This document shows, in pieces, positions 63,636 to 64,000 of a stretch of 64,000 nucleotides of DNA. The position numbers and the translations under genes were made by a program. Every line of letters begins with the position of its first letter. Within the stretch, counting starts at the first letter, position 1. The notes under the pieces were generated by a model. That model saw only the letters and a list, made by a program, of their open reading frames with translations. It did no database searches and was not told the DNA's origin. Origin of the DNA: an uncultured Oscillospiraceae bacterium (GTDB lineage: Bacteria > Bacillota > Clostridia > Oscillospirales > Acutalibacteraceae). The stretch is from positions 1,483-65,482 of the forward strand of contig CABQLY010000011.1 of the NCBI GenBank assembly GCA_902465155.1. Reading direction: 5' to 3'.

Positions 63636-64000
63636 ATGGCTGCAAAATTCGGCCCGGCGGGCAACGCCGCCAGCTTTACGGCAATGGGCTACAAAACCAG
63701 CCTTCAGGTGCCGGAGTATTTAACAAAAATGGGACTGGACGCATTTGAGTACCAGTGCGGGCGCGGGGTTAACATTGGGCAGGAAAAGGCCGCCGAGCTT
63801 GGCCGCCTTGCGCGCGAGAAAAGCATTACCCTTTCCCTGCATGCGCCGTATTATATTTCTATGTCGTCGGTGGAGGAGGAAAAGCGCCAAAATTCGGTGC
63901 AGTACATTTTAGCCAGCGCACAGGCGGTTTCGGCCATGGGCGGCAGCCGCATTGTGGTGCATACCGGCTCCTGCGGCAAAATTAGCCGCGAGCAAGCGCT
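63636..64000 (+). CDS. Endonuclease IV-like TIM-barrel protein; 3' end beyond the right window edge
   Basis: Not in the track (no stop). AAGGGGA precedes ATG 63636. MAAKFGPAGNAASF...FEYQCGRGVNIG...LSLHAPYYISMSS...RIVVHTGS resembles the Nfo/xylose-isomerase-like TIM-barrel family. Confidence 0.65.
   Translation, partial: MAAKFGPAGNAASFTAMGYKTSLQVPEYLTKMGLDAFEYQCGRGVNIGQEKAAELGRLAREKSITLSLHAPYYISMSSVEEEKRQNSVQYILASAQAVSAMGGSRIVVHTGSCGKISREQA

Noticed and set aside
1-64000. Mobile elements, prophage, defence islands (CRISPR-Cas, RM, TA, retrons, abortive infection)
   Set aside because: No transposase, integrase, recombinase, reverse-transcriptase, nuclease-helicase or methyltransferase-type ORFs, and no terminal inverted repeats, were recognised on either strand. 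The only tRNA-adjacent anomaly is the AT-rich pseudogene block reported above.

Overview
This 64-kb window comes from a spore-forming Firmicute, probably Clostridia. Support: a SpoVM peptide, strong GGAGG ribosome-binding sites, and dprA-topA-trmFO, plsX-rnc-smc-ftsY and yhbY-nadD-yqeK-rsfS-leuS gene order. Most genes are on the + strand.

Housekeeping backbone: rsmE, pth, mfd, infC-rpmI-rplT with an L20-type leader, trmH, dprA, topA, trmFO, plsX, rnc, smc, ftsY, rdgB, nadD, leuS, rpsU and one tRNA-Leu(UAG).

Accessory content:
- A GT-C glycosyltransferase plus a YfhO pair.
- An AraC / GH130 / frameshifted GH78 rhamnosidase block that is visibly AT-richer and sits next to the tRNA.
- A divergent Hsp20 / PucR pair.
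- A lipoprotein carrying two CE2-like SGNH esterase modules around an internal dockerin.
- The dominant feature: a complete glycyl-radical-enzyme bacterial microcompartment locus of about 16.7 kb (23.4-40.1 kb). It is GRM5-like (fuculose/rhamnulose-phosphate aldolase plus a B12-independent diol dehydratase type), organised as three units with an embedded DeoR regulator.

The locus type is already described; what I flag are its particular features:
- Five cargo proteins carry encapsulation-peptide-like helices.
- The aldolase has a Cys-rich linker.
- A Zn-ADH is tagged for encapsulation.
- PduS/PduT are present in a B12-independent system.
- One shell gene has two possible start sites.
- The two promoters share an operator-like motif.
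- The leader carries a repeat array.

The least explained sequence is the 750-nt non-coding stretch at 22.2-22.95 kb. It holds a GC-rich, multi-helix RNA candidate of about 260 nt and a perfect 5 x 14-bp tandem repeat. Several other intergenic regions carry degenerate repeats with a period of about 15 nt.

Three real genes missing from the ORF track were added by hand: a 5' aminotransferase fragment, spoVM and rpsU. I saw no transposase, integrase, CRISPR array, restriction-modification system or toxin-antitoxin pair. All family assignments rest on motif recognition by eye; no searches were run.
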